DNA from: an uncultured Clostridia bacterium
GTDB taxonomy: Bacteria; Bacillota; Clostridia; Lachnospirales; CAG-274
NCBI GenBank assembly: GCA_947631975.1
Contig: CANRNM010000001.1
Location: 1-60,437, forward strand
DNA: 60,437 nt
Reading direction: 5' to 3'
In this document: positions 38,978-48,132 of the stretch, one piece after another
How the letters are laid out: every line of letters starts with the position of its first letter
Numbering within the stretch: position 1 is the stretch's first letter
Translations under genes and position numbers: made by a program
The notes under the pieces: generated by a model
Database searches by the model: none
What the model saw: only the letters and a program-made list of their open reading frames with translations
What the model was told of the DNA's origin: nothing

Positions 38978-41395
38978 TTATTCAGATACAGAGATCCCCC
39001 ATATTTTGTTATTTAGTTCCTCGGATTTCTTATCAATTTCAGTAAGTATATTTTCATACATTTGAATATCTTTTTGAAGTTTATCTTTATTTTCTGCGTA
39101 TTGTTTTAATTCTCCGGAAAATGTTTTTAAATCTTCTTTAGATTGTTCATGTATTTTGTTCAAAGCATCCAGGTATATATCATTTATATTGTTTTTAAAT
39201 GCAGAAAAATATCTATCCATTAGTTTCCTGTATCCTTTTAAAACATTATTTTTGTATTTTTTTCTGTCTACAAAAATAAACCATTTTCTGACATCTTGCA
39301 AATCAGGATATGATATTTGTTCAGGATATTGTGGATTATAATAAGTAATCAATTTGCCCCAATGATCTTCAGATATGTTAGCTCTAATTATATTATGAAT
39401 TTTATTATTTATATTACTTATTTTATCATCAATAATGTCTTTCCTTGTTTCATTATACTTTTCATTAATCTCATCAACATATTTTTCTATTTTCTTTAAT
39501 ATTTTCTCTGAATTTTTTTCATATCCTATTGCTATACGCGGTATTTTTTTGTCTAAAAATTTATCAAATTCTTCTGTCTTTGAGTCAAAAAATAAATGTA
39601 AACCATCTAAATCAATAATATATTTGTCAGAATTGTTTATTTTCTTTTCTTTTTCAAATAATGAGTCTAATTCACCAATTAGTTTATTTTCTACATAATT
39701 GGCCATTCTTTCTATGTTTGACTTATCTTCTGTGCTTATACTTTTTTTACTTTCATACTCGTTTTTAGCCAATTCTATAATTTTATTGGCACTGTCATAA
39801 ATAATATTTGCCTTTACGGAAAGTGCATATTTTACAGCGTAGTTTTTAATTTCATCTTCTAAGGCAAACATACCGGAATTGATAAAAGTTTCCCTATGGA
39901 TATCATTTTCTCTATGGGCACTTTCAGCTTCTTCTTCGCATTTGTTTTTAAGTTTGATGGTCGCATTTTCTGCTTCGGCAAGTTTATTAAATCTATAATA
40001 TTTTCCGCTGCCGTCATTATGCTCATTATTGACAGTCGGATAGAGCCTGTTCTTGTTTCTCTCATCGTTTTGGGTATTTAGTCCCTTTTTCATGATACGG
40101 CTTGTATATGCCGCAAGAGCAGACACAAACAACAGCCTTTCTTTTGAAAGATCTATTGTTGTTTTGTTGCCTGTTGTTGGTTCTTTAAACTCTATTTGTC
40201 TGTTTTTTAGTTCTTTAATATCTTCATCTATGTTATTTATCTCATCTGTCCTGTTTATAACATGGATAGATCTTGAGATATCAATAGAGGTGTTGTTTTC
40301 ATCTTTGTTGTTTTTAAAATTTGTTATAATATTATATAATAAATTATTTCCGGAGCCTTCTGTTTTTGTTGGGTGATAAACTACAACAAGTATGGAATGA
40401 GTTTGCTTTTTCAGAGCGTTTTCAAGTATCTCGGAATGTTCATCCGAATTGCTGTCGGTACCTGGAGTGTCATATATAACAAAATTGTATTTATCATTAC
40501 ATATATCCATAGGGTAAAAAACGGTTACTACATTATCAATGTATTCGTCATTATTTTGGTCAAGTTTATTTGGCATATCATTAATATATTTTAATATATG
40601 ACATACATGCTGATAACGATACTTACTGTGAAAATTATTTGTTGCTTCGGTAATATGGCTGAGTAATTTAGAGTTTTTTAACTGACTTTCAATTATAAAT
40701 TTATTGTTTTTTCCTGACCATATAAGCTTAACACTGTTTTTTGTCAAATCTTTTCTGATATCAAAACATATACGGACTTCTTTTTTTGAATTTATTATTT
40801 TTGTAATCTTGCCTGTTTCAGATATGGTCGATTCCGGCAAAATAGCCTCTCCTATTAAAGTATTTATGAGTGTGGATTTTCCGGAACTATATACTCCAAC
40901 GAAGCATATATTTACATCATTTTCAGAAAACTCACCGATCATTTTATTAAGCCTATTCTTTGTTCTGTCATATTTTGTGCCTTTTTTATTAAGATCGAAG
41001 TCATCAAAATATTTTATGATATCGCCATAAAAATGACGTATGTCTTGATATATATTCTCAACATCAGGCAATTTTATAAAATCTTCTTTAAGATTTATAA
41101 GGTTTTGATGTTTACTGTCGTTATAAAATTTTACCATGTTTTTAAAATCCTCATAGTCTGCCGCAGTTCCTCTATATGTAATATCCATCGGATTTCCGTT
41201 ATTATAATTAATTATTGCTTGAAAAAAATCATTTCCTTCATTTTGAAGCAAAAAATCGCCTGTTTTGTTTATATATTCTTCCAGTTCACCGCTGTACTTT
41301 GAACGTATCTCTTGCCAGTTTTCGTTGTTCTTTTCAGAAAAAATCACCTGTTTTTTTACCGGATGATAGGTAACTAAAATTTCATTGGATGACAT
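38978..41395 (-). CDS. Dynamin-like large GTPase (bacterial dynamin-like protein family)
   Basis: G1 GVYSSGKSTLIN, G3 VIYDTPGTD and G4-like INRTDE, preceded by a ~150-aa N-terminal domain and followed by a ~400-aa K/E/N-rich helical stalk. Confidence 0.7.
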   Translation of the reverse strand: MSSNEILVTYHPVKKQVIFSEKNNENWQEIRSKYSGELEEYINKTGDFLLQNEGNDFFQAIINYNNGNPMDITYRGTAADYEDFKNMVKFYNDSKHQNLINLKEDFIKLPDVENIYQDIRHFYGDIIKYFDDFDLNKKGTKYDRTKNRLNKMIGEFSENDVNICFVGVYSSGKSTLINTLIGEAILPESTISETGKITKIINSKKEVRICFDIRKDLTKNSVKLIWSGKNNKFIIESQLKNSKLLSHITEATNNFHSKYRYQHVCHILKYINDMPNKLDQNNDEYIDNVVTVFYPMDICNDKYNFVIYDTPGTDSNSDEHSEILENALKKQTHSILVVVYHPTKTEGSGNNLLYNIITNFKNNKDENNTSIDISRSIHVINRTDEINNIDEDIKELKNRQIEFKEPTTGNKTTIDLSKERLLFVSALAAYTSRIMKKGLNTQNDERNKNRLYPTVNNEHNDGSGKYYRFNKLAEAENATIKLKNKCEEEAESAHRENDIHRETFINSGMFALEDEIKNYAVKYALSVKANIIYDSANKIIELAKNEYESKKSISTEDKSNIERMANYVENKLIGELDSLFEKEKKINNSDKYIIDLDGLHLFFDSKTEEFDKFLDKKIPRIAIGYEKNSEKILKKIEKYVDEINEKYNETRKDIIDDKISNINNKIHNIIRANISEDHWGKLITYYNPQYPEQISYPDLQDVRKWFIFVDRKKYKNNVLKGYRKLMDRYFSAFKNNINDIYLDALNKIHEQSKEDLKTFSGELKQYAENKDKLQKDIQMYENILTEIDKKSEELNNKIWGISVSE

Positions 41396-41450
41396 AAAGA
41401 TCCCTCCTATATATTGATATAATTAATTATTTGTATCTTCCACATGAAAA

Positions 41451-42401
41451 TTACAATATTTTAACATAATCTCCCTGGCTTTTCAACCACATATCTACAC
41501 CCTTGCCAAATACCTCGGCTCTTATTGTATACACGCCGTTATCCTCCTTTTCTATTATGGCTGTGGGCAGTCTGTCCATAACAGCCTCGACTGAGGGTCC
41601 GCTGAATTCAAAGCGCACGGTCCTGAGCCTTCCGCCATACATAAACTGAACTCTCTTCCTGAACTCGCCCTCCTGAAATCTTTTGGCATAAGGCATGCTG
41701 AAGTGTTCATCGGTTATTCTGTAGTTCAGTATCCTGTCTATGCGGTAAATTGTGGGGTAGGGGTCTTCACTGTTTTCAAAGTGAGTCTTCTTGTCTATGT
41801 CCTCTATATAAGCAGGCATATAGAAATAGAACTCTGAAAACATAACGCCTGCGGGAAGCACTTTTCTTTTTGATACCTTTCCGTCAAGGCGCTTATAGCT
41901 TATCTCAAGCTTTTTCTTTTCATTCAAAGCACGGGTGATATCCCATATTTTCTCAATAAGCTTCTGTTTGTGAGAAAGCTCGGCGTAATAAAATTTTTCA
42001 TTGGCGATAAGCTTCTCTATTGTATTTATATCCGAAGGCGGTACGCAGTTTTGTATTACCTTATCCAGAATTGACGAAAGCTCTTCTTTGGTAAACGCTC
42101 TGCTTTCCAGTAATATCTTGCTAAGAGCATATACCTCACTGCTTGACATCTGCTTGCTGTTCTCGTAATAGAGATAATAGCCGTTTATTTTTCTGTCATA
42201 TATAAGCTCCTGTCTGTTGCCCGTTCTTGTTCCTCTTCCTTCAAAGAACGCCCTGAGGTCCTCAATATCTCTCTGTACGGACCTTTCGTTTATTCCGTAG
42301 CGCTGAGCCTCTGTTCTTTTATTTATGACCTCTCCGTCTGTAAGACGCATGCACATATCCAATATTCTGTTGTGTTTCGCCGAGCTTTCAGCAGTATTCA
42401 T
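41451..42401 (-). CDS. HTH + WYL domain transcriptional regulator
   Basis: An N-terminal DeoR/YafY-like HTH (ILDMCMRL...INERSVQRDIEDLRAFF) and a C-terminal WYL-type half (TIYRIDRILNYRITDEHF..., then VRFEFSGPSVEAVMDR). Confidence 0.75.
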   Translation of the reverse strand: MNTAESSAKHNRILDMCMRLTDGEVINKRTEAQRYGINERSVQRDIEDLRAFFEGRGTRTGNRQELIYDRKINGYYLYYENSKQMSSSEVYALSKILLESRAFTKEELSSILDKVIQNCVPPSDINTIEKLIANEKFYYAELSHKQKLIEKIWDITRALNEKKKLEISYKRLDGKVSKRKVLPAGVMFSEFYFYMPAYIEDIDKKTHFENSEDPYPTIYRIDRILNYRITDEHFSMPYAKRFQEGEFRKRVQFMYGGRLRTVRFEFSGPSVEAVMDRLPTAIIEKEDNGVYTIRAEVFGKGVDMWLKSQGDYVKIL

Positions 42402-42681
42402 ATATATTTCTCCTTTTTGCAGTATTATCTTTTGAATTAATTATAGCAAAAGTCCATAGACACCCCGTGTCGTTACTGCAAAAAAATTTGTTAAATTATA
42501 AATTATTATTAAAGTATACTTTATCGGGATATGTAATAATACACATAATTCTGGTACAAGTATACTCTTTTTTTGTAAAAAAGTCAACAAAAAAAGGGTG
42601 TTTACCGATGGTTATGTACAGTTGTCAAAAAGTATATTTATTTTTATATAACAGTAATAATAAATAGAAAGGTGTGATATT

Positions 42682-43761
42682 ATGAATAGTTTTATTCATA
42701 CATTCAGTTTCAGAAAAAATATAACTTATGATGAAAACTGTAAAATTATGGAAAGATATAATAGCAGCATTATAAGGAAAGACAGTATTTATTATATAAA
42801 TCAATATAGTAATAATGGAGTTCGACTTTATATAACAGACAGAAGTAAAAATGAAGTAAAGTATGATAAAAATCATTTTATAAAAAGGATGGAGATAATT
42901 ATAACACCATATAAGCTATGTCATGCCGGTGAAGCAATGGGATGTGTTAAAGACTATAAAGAAATGACAGCTGCCATCAAAAAGCTTTATTATATATTGG
43001 ACAGTATGAGTATGGAAACAGGAGTGGATTTTAATAATAATATAACTCTGTCAAGAATAGATATTACTCACGATGTGTTTACCCCTAATGCGTTTTATTC
43101 GGATGAAATAATAAGAATAGCAAAACTATCTAAACTTAAACACGGTTATAAATTTTGGATAAAACCGGATAAAGGTCATTATAAAAATATATTTGAAGAT
43201 AAATACATAACTTCATATGCAAATAATCATCAAGGTATAGCGGTTAAGATATATAACAAAAGCTATGAGCTTGAATCAAAAGGTATATCTAACAAGTGTG
43301 AAAATTCAAATATAGTTAGATTTGAGGTTACACTCAAAAAGAAATTCCTTAAAAACAATAAATATCTTCAACGCCTAGAAAAGGGCATCCCATTAGAGCA
43401 TATGCTGTGGTATATAACGCAAAATGCAGATGATTTCTTGCAGAAATATATATCCGATGTTATGCCGGATGGTCATATGCTCTCCCATGAGAAACTGACG
43501 GAATATATTTTTAATGTATGTGGTAAAAAGATAAAAAAGGCAAAAAAGATGTTGTGTTATTCTATGCTGTTCACCAATAAAAAAGCCCTTGACAGTTATG
43601 GCAGCAAAAAAATGCTTGCAAAGGTTAAGTTATATTTTGAAAAAATAGGGGTATCTCCTATTTATCTTAATAATGGCTGTGATTTCATACCTTCTTTTAA
43701 GGCTATGCTCACAGATGATTACATTTATGACGATAAAGGATATAATAATACTCTGAAATGA
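42682..43761 (+). CDS. Rep_trans-like rolling-circle initiator / MOB_T-type relaxase candidate
   Basis: 359 aa with LSRIDITHDV, AVKIYNKSYELE and IVRFEVTLKK, reminiscent of the RxDxaxD / YxK / RxE blocks of the replication-initiation-factor family. This rests on motif resemblance only. Confidence 0.4.
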   Translation: MNSFIHTFSFRKNITYDENCKIMERYNSSIIRKDSIYYINQYSNNGVRLYITDRSKNEVKYDKNHFIKRMEIIITPYKLCHAGEAMGCVKDYKEMTAAIKKLYYILDSMSMETGVDFNNNITLSRIDITHDVFTPNAFYSDEIIRIAKLSKLKHGYKFWIKPDKGHYKNIFEDKYITSYANNHQGIAVKIYNKSYELESKGISNKCENSNIVRFEVTLKKKFLKNNKYLQRLEKGIPLEHMLWYITQNADDFLQKYISDVMPDGHMLSHEKLTEYIFNVCGKKIKKAKKMLCYSMLFTNKKALDSYGSKKMLAKVKLYFEKIGVSPIYLNNGCDFIPSFKAMLTDDYIYDDKGYNNTLK

Positions 43762-43800
43762 AGCAGCCGGATATTAGTTATCCGGCTGTGTGGCTTCATT
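43757..43800. terminator. Long hairpin at the 3' end of the Rep-like gene
   Basis: AATGAAGCAGCCGGAT / ATCCGGCTG..GCTTCATT forms a two-part stem. No clear T-run follows on either strand, so terminator function is uncertain. Confidence 0.35.
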
Positions 43801-44055
43801 AGGAAATAGAGCCATTTTATATCGGTATCCAGAAGATTTATAAGAGCATTTGTGTCATCTTCAAGTTTTTTGGATTCGTAATCTTTTTTAAGATAATCAT
43901 ATTTATCATTGTTAAAAATATCGGTATTACTGAAACCACGATACGCATCGTCATTAGTTATGCCACATAATCAAAGCAATTATTATCTTCGTTGTATTGC
44001 CAGCCGGATATTCCTTCAATATTTTTTTGTTGAATCTTTTCTTTTTCATATTGAA

Positions 44056-44529
44056 TTAAATATATTTTTGAAGACATTCTTTAAGTGCTGTTTCGCTATA
44101 TATCTTTGCTCCTTCATCCTTGAAACTAGTTAAAACATCACTATAATTGCTAATACGAGCTTCTCCCTTTGTTGTTATTTTGAATTTACAAGGCTTCCAT
44201 ACATGGTTTTCTTCATGTATATATCGAGTTGCTCTGTTAATAATTTGCCATATTTCATATTCATCAATATTACCATTTGTTTTTATTATATCATAATAGG
44301 CTATGTATGATGATTTGTTCTCTTTTTAAAAATCGTGCGATATGTGTTTAATATACATAAAAGCATCAGATACTTTTTTCGTAGATATAATATTAATTTT
44401 TTGAATACTTCTTTTTTTACTTATGCATTCTATTTTTCTATTAATGTTATATTGGGATTCGTTCTTATCTAACCATTTATTAAATTTATGGTACTCTTTT
44501 TTTACTTTATCAATTTGTATTTCTGTCAA
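44056..44529 (-). pseudogene. Hypothetical gene interrupted by one in-frame TAA
   Basis: The tracked ORF 44326-44529 ends in TAA (44326-44328). The same frame stays open for a further 89 codons (KENKSSYIAYYDIIKTNGNIDEYEIWQ...ECLQKYI) with no internal Met. Confidence 0.5.
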
Positions 44530-44589
44530 ATTAATATACCTCCTCCTTTTTTTGTTATATTATAGACATAATTGGCATTAAAGTCAACA

Positions 44590-44611
44590 GTTGGGAGTTG
44601 GGAAGTTGGGA
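44590..44611 (+). repeat. Three tandem GTTGGGA(A) heptamers
   Basis: GTTGGGA GTTGGGAA GTTGGGA lies in the long non-coding gap upstream of the second recombinase gene. Confidence 0.6.
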
Positions 44612-44860
44612 AAAACTATGATATATAAATATAACTCATATTTATATACACATTTAATAATATTCAAAAGTGACATGATTTTATATATAAACTCAGATTA
44701 TATTACCTCATTATTAACAATTATATAAAAAAACATATTAAAACACCTACATATAAATAATTAATTGTCATATTTCATAAAATTTTATAACACACAAAAC
44801 AAGTAAAGTAAAGATAGTTATTTGTATACTATCCTCTTATAAAAAATGTGAGGTGATATT

Positions 44861-44971
44861 ATGACAGATAAAAAATCCAACTTCAGAGTAAAGACCAACT
44901 ATGGAAACAAACTCTTTGCCGACTGTCTGCTCAATGCTATAAAAGCAAGCTCAGACAAAATAGCAGGATAA
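44861..44971 (+). CDS. 36-aa ORF immediately upstream of the serine recombinase
   Basis: MTDKKSNFRVKTNYGNKLFADCLLNAIKASSDKIAG has GAGGTG 6 nt upstream of its ATG and ends 33 nt before the recombinase start. Function is unknown; a small recombination accessory factor is possible. Confidence 0.35.
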   Translation: MTDKKSNFRVKTNYGNKLFADCLLNAIKASSDKIAG

Positions 44972-45004
44972 TCAAAAATCAATATAGGAAAGGAGGCGGC
45001 TCTG

Positions 45005-46597
45005 ATGGAGAAATTAAAAACGGCAATATACTGCCGTATATCACACGACGATGACAACCAACAGTCGGAGAGCATTGACAACCAACAGCTCATAATCAGA
45101 AATTATGTGAACAGTCATAGGGACGAGTTTGAAATTGTTGATACATACATTGACGACGGTATTTCGGGAATGACTTATGACAGAGCTGCCTACTCCCGTA
45201 TGATGGAGGCAATAAACGAGGGCAGAATAAATGCTATAATAGTAAAAGATCTTTCCCGAATAGGAAGAGAACAGATAGAAACACTTAATCTTATAAAAAA
45301 GGAGTTTATATTAAAAAACATACGCTTTATAGCAATAACAGACGATTATGACAGCTTTGACACATCAAAAAGCGATGGGCTGAGTACATCGGTAAAGCTG
45401 CTCCTCAATGACTACTACTGTGCAGATATTTCACGCAAGGTCAGAAGTGCGCAGAATGCTAAAAGGGCAAGAGGGGACTTTATAGGCTCCCATGCGCCCT
45501 ATGGATATATAAAGTCTGATAATAACAAAAACAAGCTGGTTATAGACGAACAGGCAGCCGAGGTGGTGCGCAAAATATTTAGCTTGTATATGCAAGGCTA
45601 CGGCAAGCTGACAATAGCCAGAATGCTCAACGCCTGTGAAGTGCCTAATCCCACTACATATAAGAGAAGGGTGTTGAAGCAAAATTACGTCAATTCCAAC
45701 AAGCTGAACAGCACTACATACTGGACATACTCCACAGTCAGCAAGATATTGACAAATCCCGTATATATAGGCTGTATGGTACAGCATAAGTCGGAAATAA
45801 AGGCTTACAACATACATAAAAAGGTCATTGTGCCGGAAAAGGACTGGTGCATTGTGGAGAATACCCATGAGGCTATTATAAACAGATGTGATTTTGAAGC
45901 TGTGCATAATATGCTCAATACCAGAAGGCAAAATGTTGTGCTTACAGAAAATATGTCCAAGTATACAGGATTGTTTTTCTGTAAGGAATGCGGCAGAGCC
46001 ATGAATAAGTTTCTGAGCAAACCTAAAAAGAACGGTGAACGCTATATTACATTCAAATGCGGCTCATATTCAAGGTTTGGCAAGGATATTTGTACTATAC
46101 ATTCTATACGGGAGAATGACTTGGATGAACTTGTGCTTAACGAGATAAGGCGTAATATAAGCATTGCCCTCGACAGCGAGACCTGTGAATACATAAAGAG
46201 CAAGGGCTTGCACGAAATGAGATCAAAGCAGAATGACAGACTTATAAAGCTGAGAGAAGGCCTTGATAACTGCAAACAGAAAAGAAAGAATATGCTGGAG
46301 CATCTTGCGGAAAATATAATAGATATTGAGGATTTTAAACAATTCGATGCGAACAATAAGGCTGAAATCGAAAGCATAAAAGAAAACATCAAGCTCATAG
46401 AAAAAAGACTTGCAGACGAAAATAAGGAAATGGAAGCGTATAATATCTGGCTCAGAAATATATTGCAGTACAAGGATATTTCCGAGATTACCAGAGAGAT
46501 ACTTGCAAATCTCATAGACAGCATATACATATCCGAAAAGGATGATGTAAAGGAAATAGAAATTAATTTTAAATTCAAAAATCCCCTTGATAAGTAG
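45005..46597 (+). CDS. Large serine recombinase
   Basis: 530 aa. It has a resolvase catalytic domain (AIYCRISHDDD...SIDNQ, VKDLSRIGRE), a recombinase domain, zinc-ribbon cysteines (CKECGRAM...FKCGSY...C) and a long C-terminal coiled coil. GGAGG lies upstream. Confidence 0.9.
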   Translation: MEKLKTAIYCRISHDDDNQQSESIDNQQLIIRNYVNSHRDEFEIVDTYIDDGISGMTYDRAAYSRMMEAINEGRINAIIVKDLSRIGREQIETLNLIKKEFILKNIRFIAITDDYDSFDTSKSDGLSTSVKLLLNDYYCADISRKVRSAQNAKRARGDFIGSHAPYGYIKSDNNKNKLVIDEQAAEVVRKIFSLYMQGYGKLTIARMLNACEVPNPTTYKRRVLKQNYVNSNKLNSTTYWTYSTVSKILTNPVYIGCMVQHKSEIKAYNIHKKVIVPEKDWCIVENTHEAIINRCDFEAVHNMLNTRRQNVVLTENMSKYTGLFFCKECGRAMNKFLSKPKKNGERYITFKCGSYSRFGKDICTIHSIRENDLDELVLNEIRRNISIALDSETCEYIKSKGLHEMRSKQNDRLIKLREGLDNCKQKRKNMLEHLAENIIDIEDFKQFDANNKAEIESIKENIKLIEKRLADENKEMEAYNIWLRNILQYKDISEITREILANLIDSIYISEKDDVKEIEINFKFKNPLDK

Positions 46598-46818
46598 ATG
46601 TCAGGGGGATTTGTGCTATATGGATATACATAAAAAGAGGGTTATATCTGACTGTTCGGCAGGTTATAAATATTTAATTCCTTAATGTATATCATATGAT
46701 GAAAATGCTGTCGATAAATGTGATTTGTTGACTTTCTACTCTGAATATGATACAGTAAATACGATACAAAACAAATGGTATTTATTTAGTATAATTTAAT
46801 TACGAAAGGATATAGTCT

Positions 46819-47940
46819 ATGAATATTTTTGTACTTGGTAATGGTTTTGATATTGCTCATGGTTTGCCTACAACATATATTGATTTTATGAAATTTATAG
46901 ATATGGCAGAGGAAATAATTAGTAAAAGCTATGTGGATGATATGAATTTTACAGATATCTTGAATCCAAGTGCTATAGATGATAAATTAATGGAGCATTT
47001 AAAAGGAGGTGGAATAAATTATTTGTTATCAATAAAAGAAGATTTTATGAATTATTATAATAATAATTTTTGGATAAATTATTTTAAAAATAGATTAAAA
47101 AATACTGAAAACAAATTAGGCGAGACTTGGATAGATTTTGAAAGTATAATATCATATGTTATTAAAGGCTTTGATTACAGTGGAGAGAGGGGCTTTATAT
47201 CATTAAGGGAATATGACCCTGATTTATATAACTTCGTAAATTTAAATATTCCGATAAAAAAAGTTAAATTTAAAGGTGTTAAAGCAATTCTTATCAAGGA
47301 TTTAGAAAATTTAATTAATTTGTTGGAAATTTATTTACATGATTTTATTGGTGAACTTAAAGTGGAAGTTATTTCTCCTGATATTAAGGAATTACAAATC
47401 GGAGGCGTATTGTCATTTAACTACACTGAAACATACAAAAAATTATATGACAGTAGGAATGATATAGAATATAGCTACATTCATGGTAAAGTCAGAGAAA
47501 ACAGTTTAACCGATAATAACATGGTTTTAGGAATAGATGAATATTTGAATGATGCTGAAAGAAATATCAATATTGATTATATGGAGTTCAAAAAATATTT
47601 TCAAAGAATATATAAAAAAACAGGTTCATCATATAAAGATTGGTTAGAACCAGTGGTGATGGATGGGAATTGTTATATGTATTTTTGGGGACATTCTTTA
47701 GATATTACAGATAAAGACATTATACGAGAATTAATTTTAAATAAATGGCATAAAAAAATAATATTTTATCATAACAAAGAAACCCTAAAAAAACTAATAG
47801 GAAATTTAATTAAAGTTATTGGACAGGATAACCTTATTAAATTGACGGGAGATCCTGATCCAAATATAGAGTTTAGATTGCAAAAAGCAATGGAAAAAAA
47901 CACTAAACATACAAGTTCGTGTTCTTCTGTTTGTTCCTGA
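46819..47940 (+). CDS. AbiH-family abortive-infection protein
   Basis: The N-terminus MNIFVLGNGFDIAHGLPTTYIDF matches the characteristic GNGFDlahGl.T.Y.dF start of the AbiH family. Length is 373 aa. Confidence 0.65.
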   Translation: MNIFVLGNGFDIAHGLPTTYIDFMKFIDMAEEIISKSYVDDMNFTDILNPSAIDDKLMEHLKGGGINYLLSIKEDFMNYYNNNFWINYFKNRLKNTENKLGETWIDFESIISYVIKGFDYSGERGFISLREYDPDLYNFVNLNIPIKKVKFKGVKAILIKDLENLINLLEIYLHDFIGELKVEVISPDIKELQIGGVLSFNYTETYKKLYDSRNDIEYSYIHGKVRENSLTDNNMVLGIDEYLNDAERNINIDYMEFKKYFQRIYKKTGSSYKDWLEPVVMDGNCYMYFWGHSLDITDKDIIRELILNKWHKKIIFYHNKETLKKLIGNLIKVIGQDNLIKLTGDPDPNIEFRLQKAMEKNTKHTSSCSSVCS

Positions 47941-47982
47941 TAATATGAATAATAAAATTTATATGTCTACAAAAAAAATTAA

Positions 47983-48028
47983 AATCAGGATTATTTGGTA
48001 TATTTAAGCCGAATAATCCTGATTTATA
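47983..48028 (+). terminator. Intrinsic terminator after the AbiH gene
   Basis: A 13-bp stem AATCAGGATTATT / AATAATCCTGATT with a 16-nt loop, followed by TTATATT. Confidence 0.5.
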
Positions 48029-48132
48029 TTGTCTTTCATATAAGTTTTGCCAAATTATAGCAGATAATATTTTCATTTTTTATTGACAATACATCGGCAA
48101 ACCGATATAATAATATTATGGAGGTGAAAACT

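Noticed and set aside
39156-41302. Many 60-110-aa plus-strand ORFs opposite the dynamin-like gene. Similar ORFs lie at 35429-38167 opposite the ATPase gene.
   Set aside because: They are typical of AT-rich DNA: Phe/Ile/Leu/Asn-rich with no RBS, each nested in a long motif-bearing ORF on the other strand.
42467-42876. ORFs 42467-42667 (plus strand) and 42625-42876 (minus strand) in or around the divergent promoter region.
   Set aside because: They are low-complexity, lack an RBS, and overlap the promoter and the 5' end of the Rep-like gene. They are likely spurious.
44698-44708. TTATATTACCT matches 11 nt of the island's terminal arm. It was considered as an internal att site dividing the island into two elements just upstream of the recombinase.
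   Set aside because: Only 11 of 20 positions match, and neither the core CCGCTCCCCA nor the inverted partner is present. A match of this length is plausible by chance in AT-rich DNA. It is kept only as a weak possibility.
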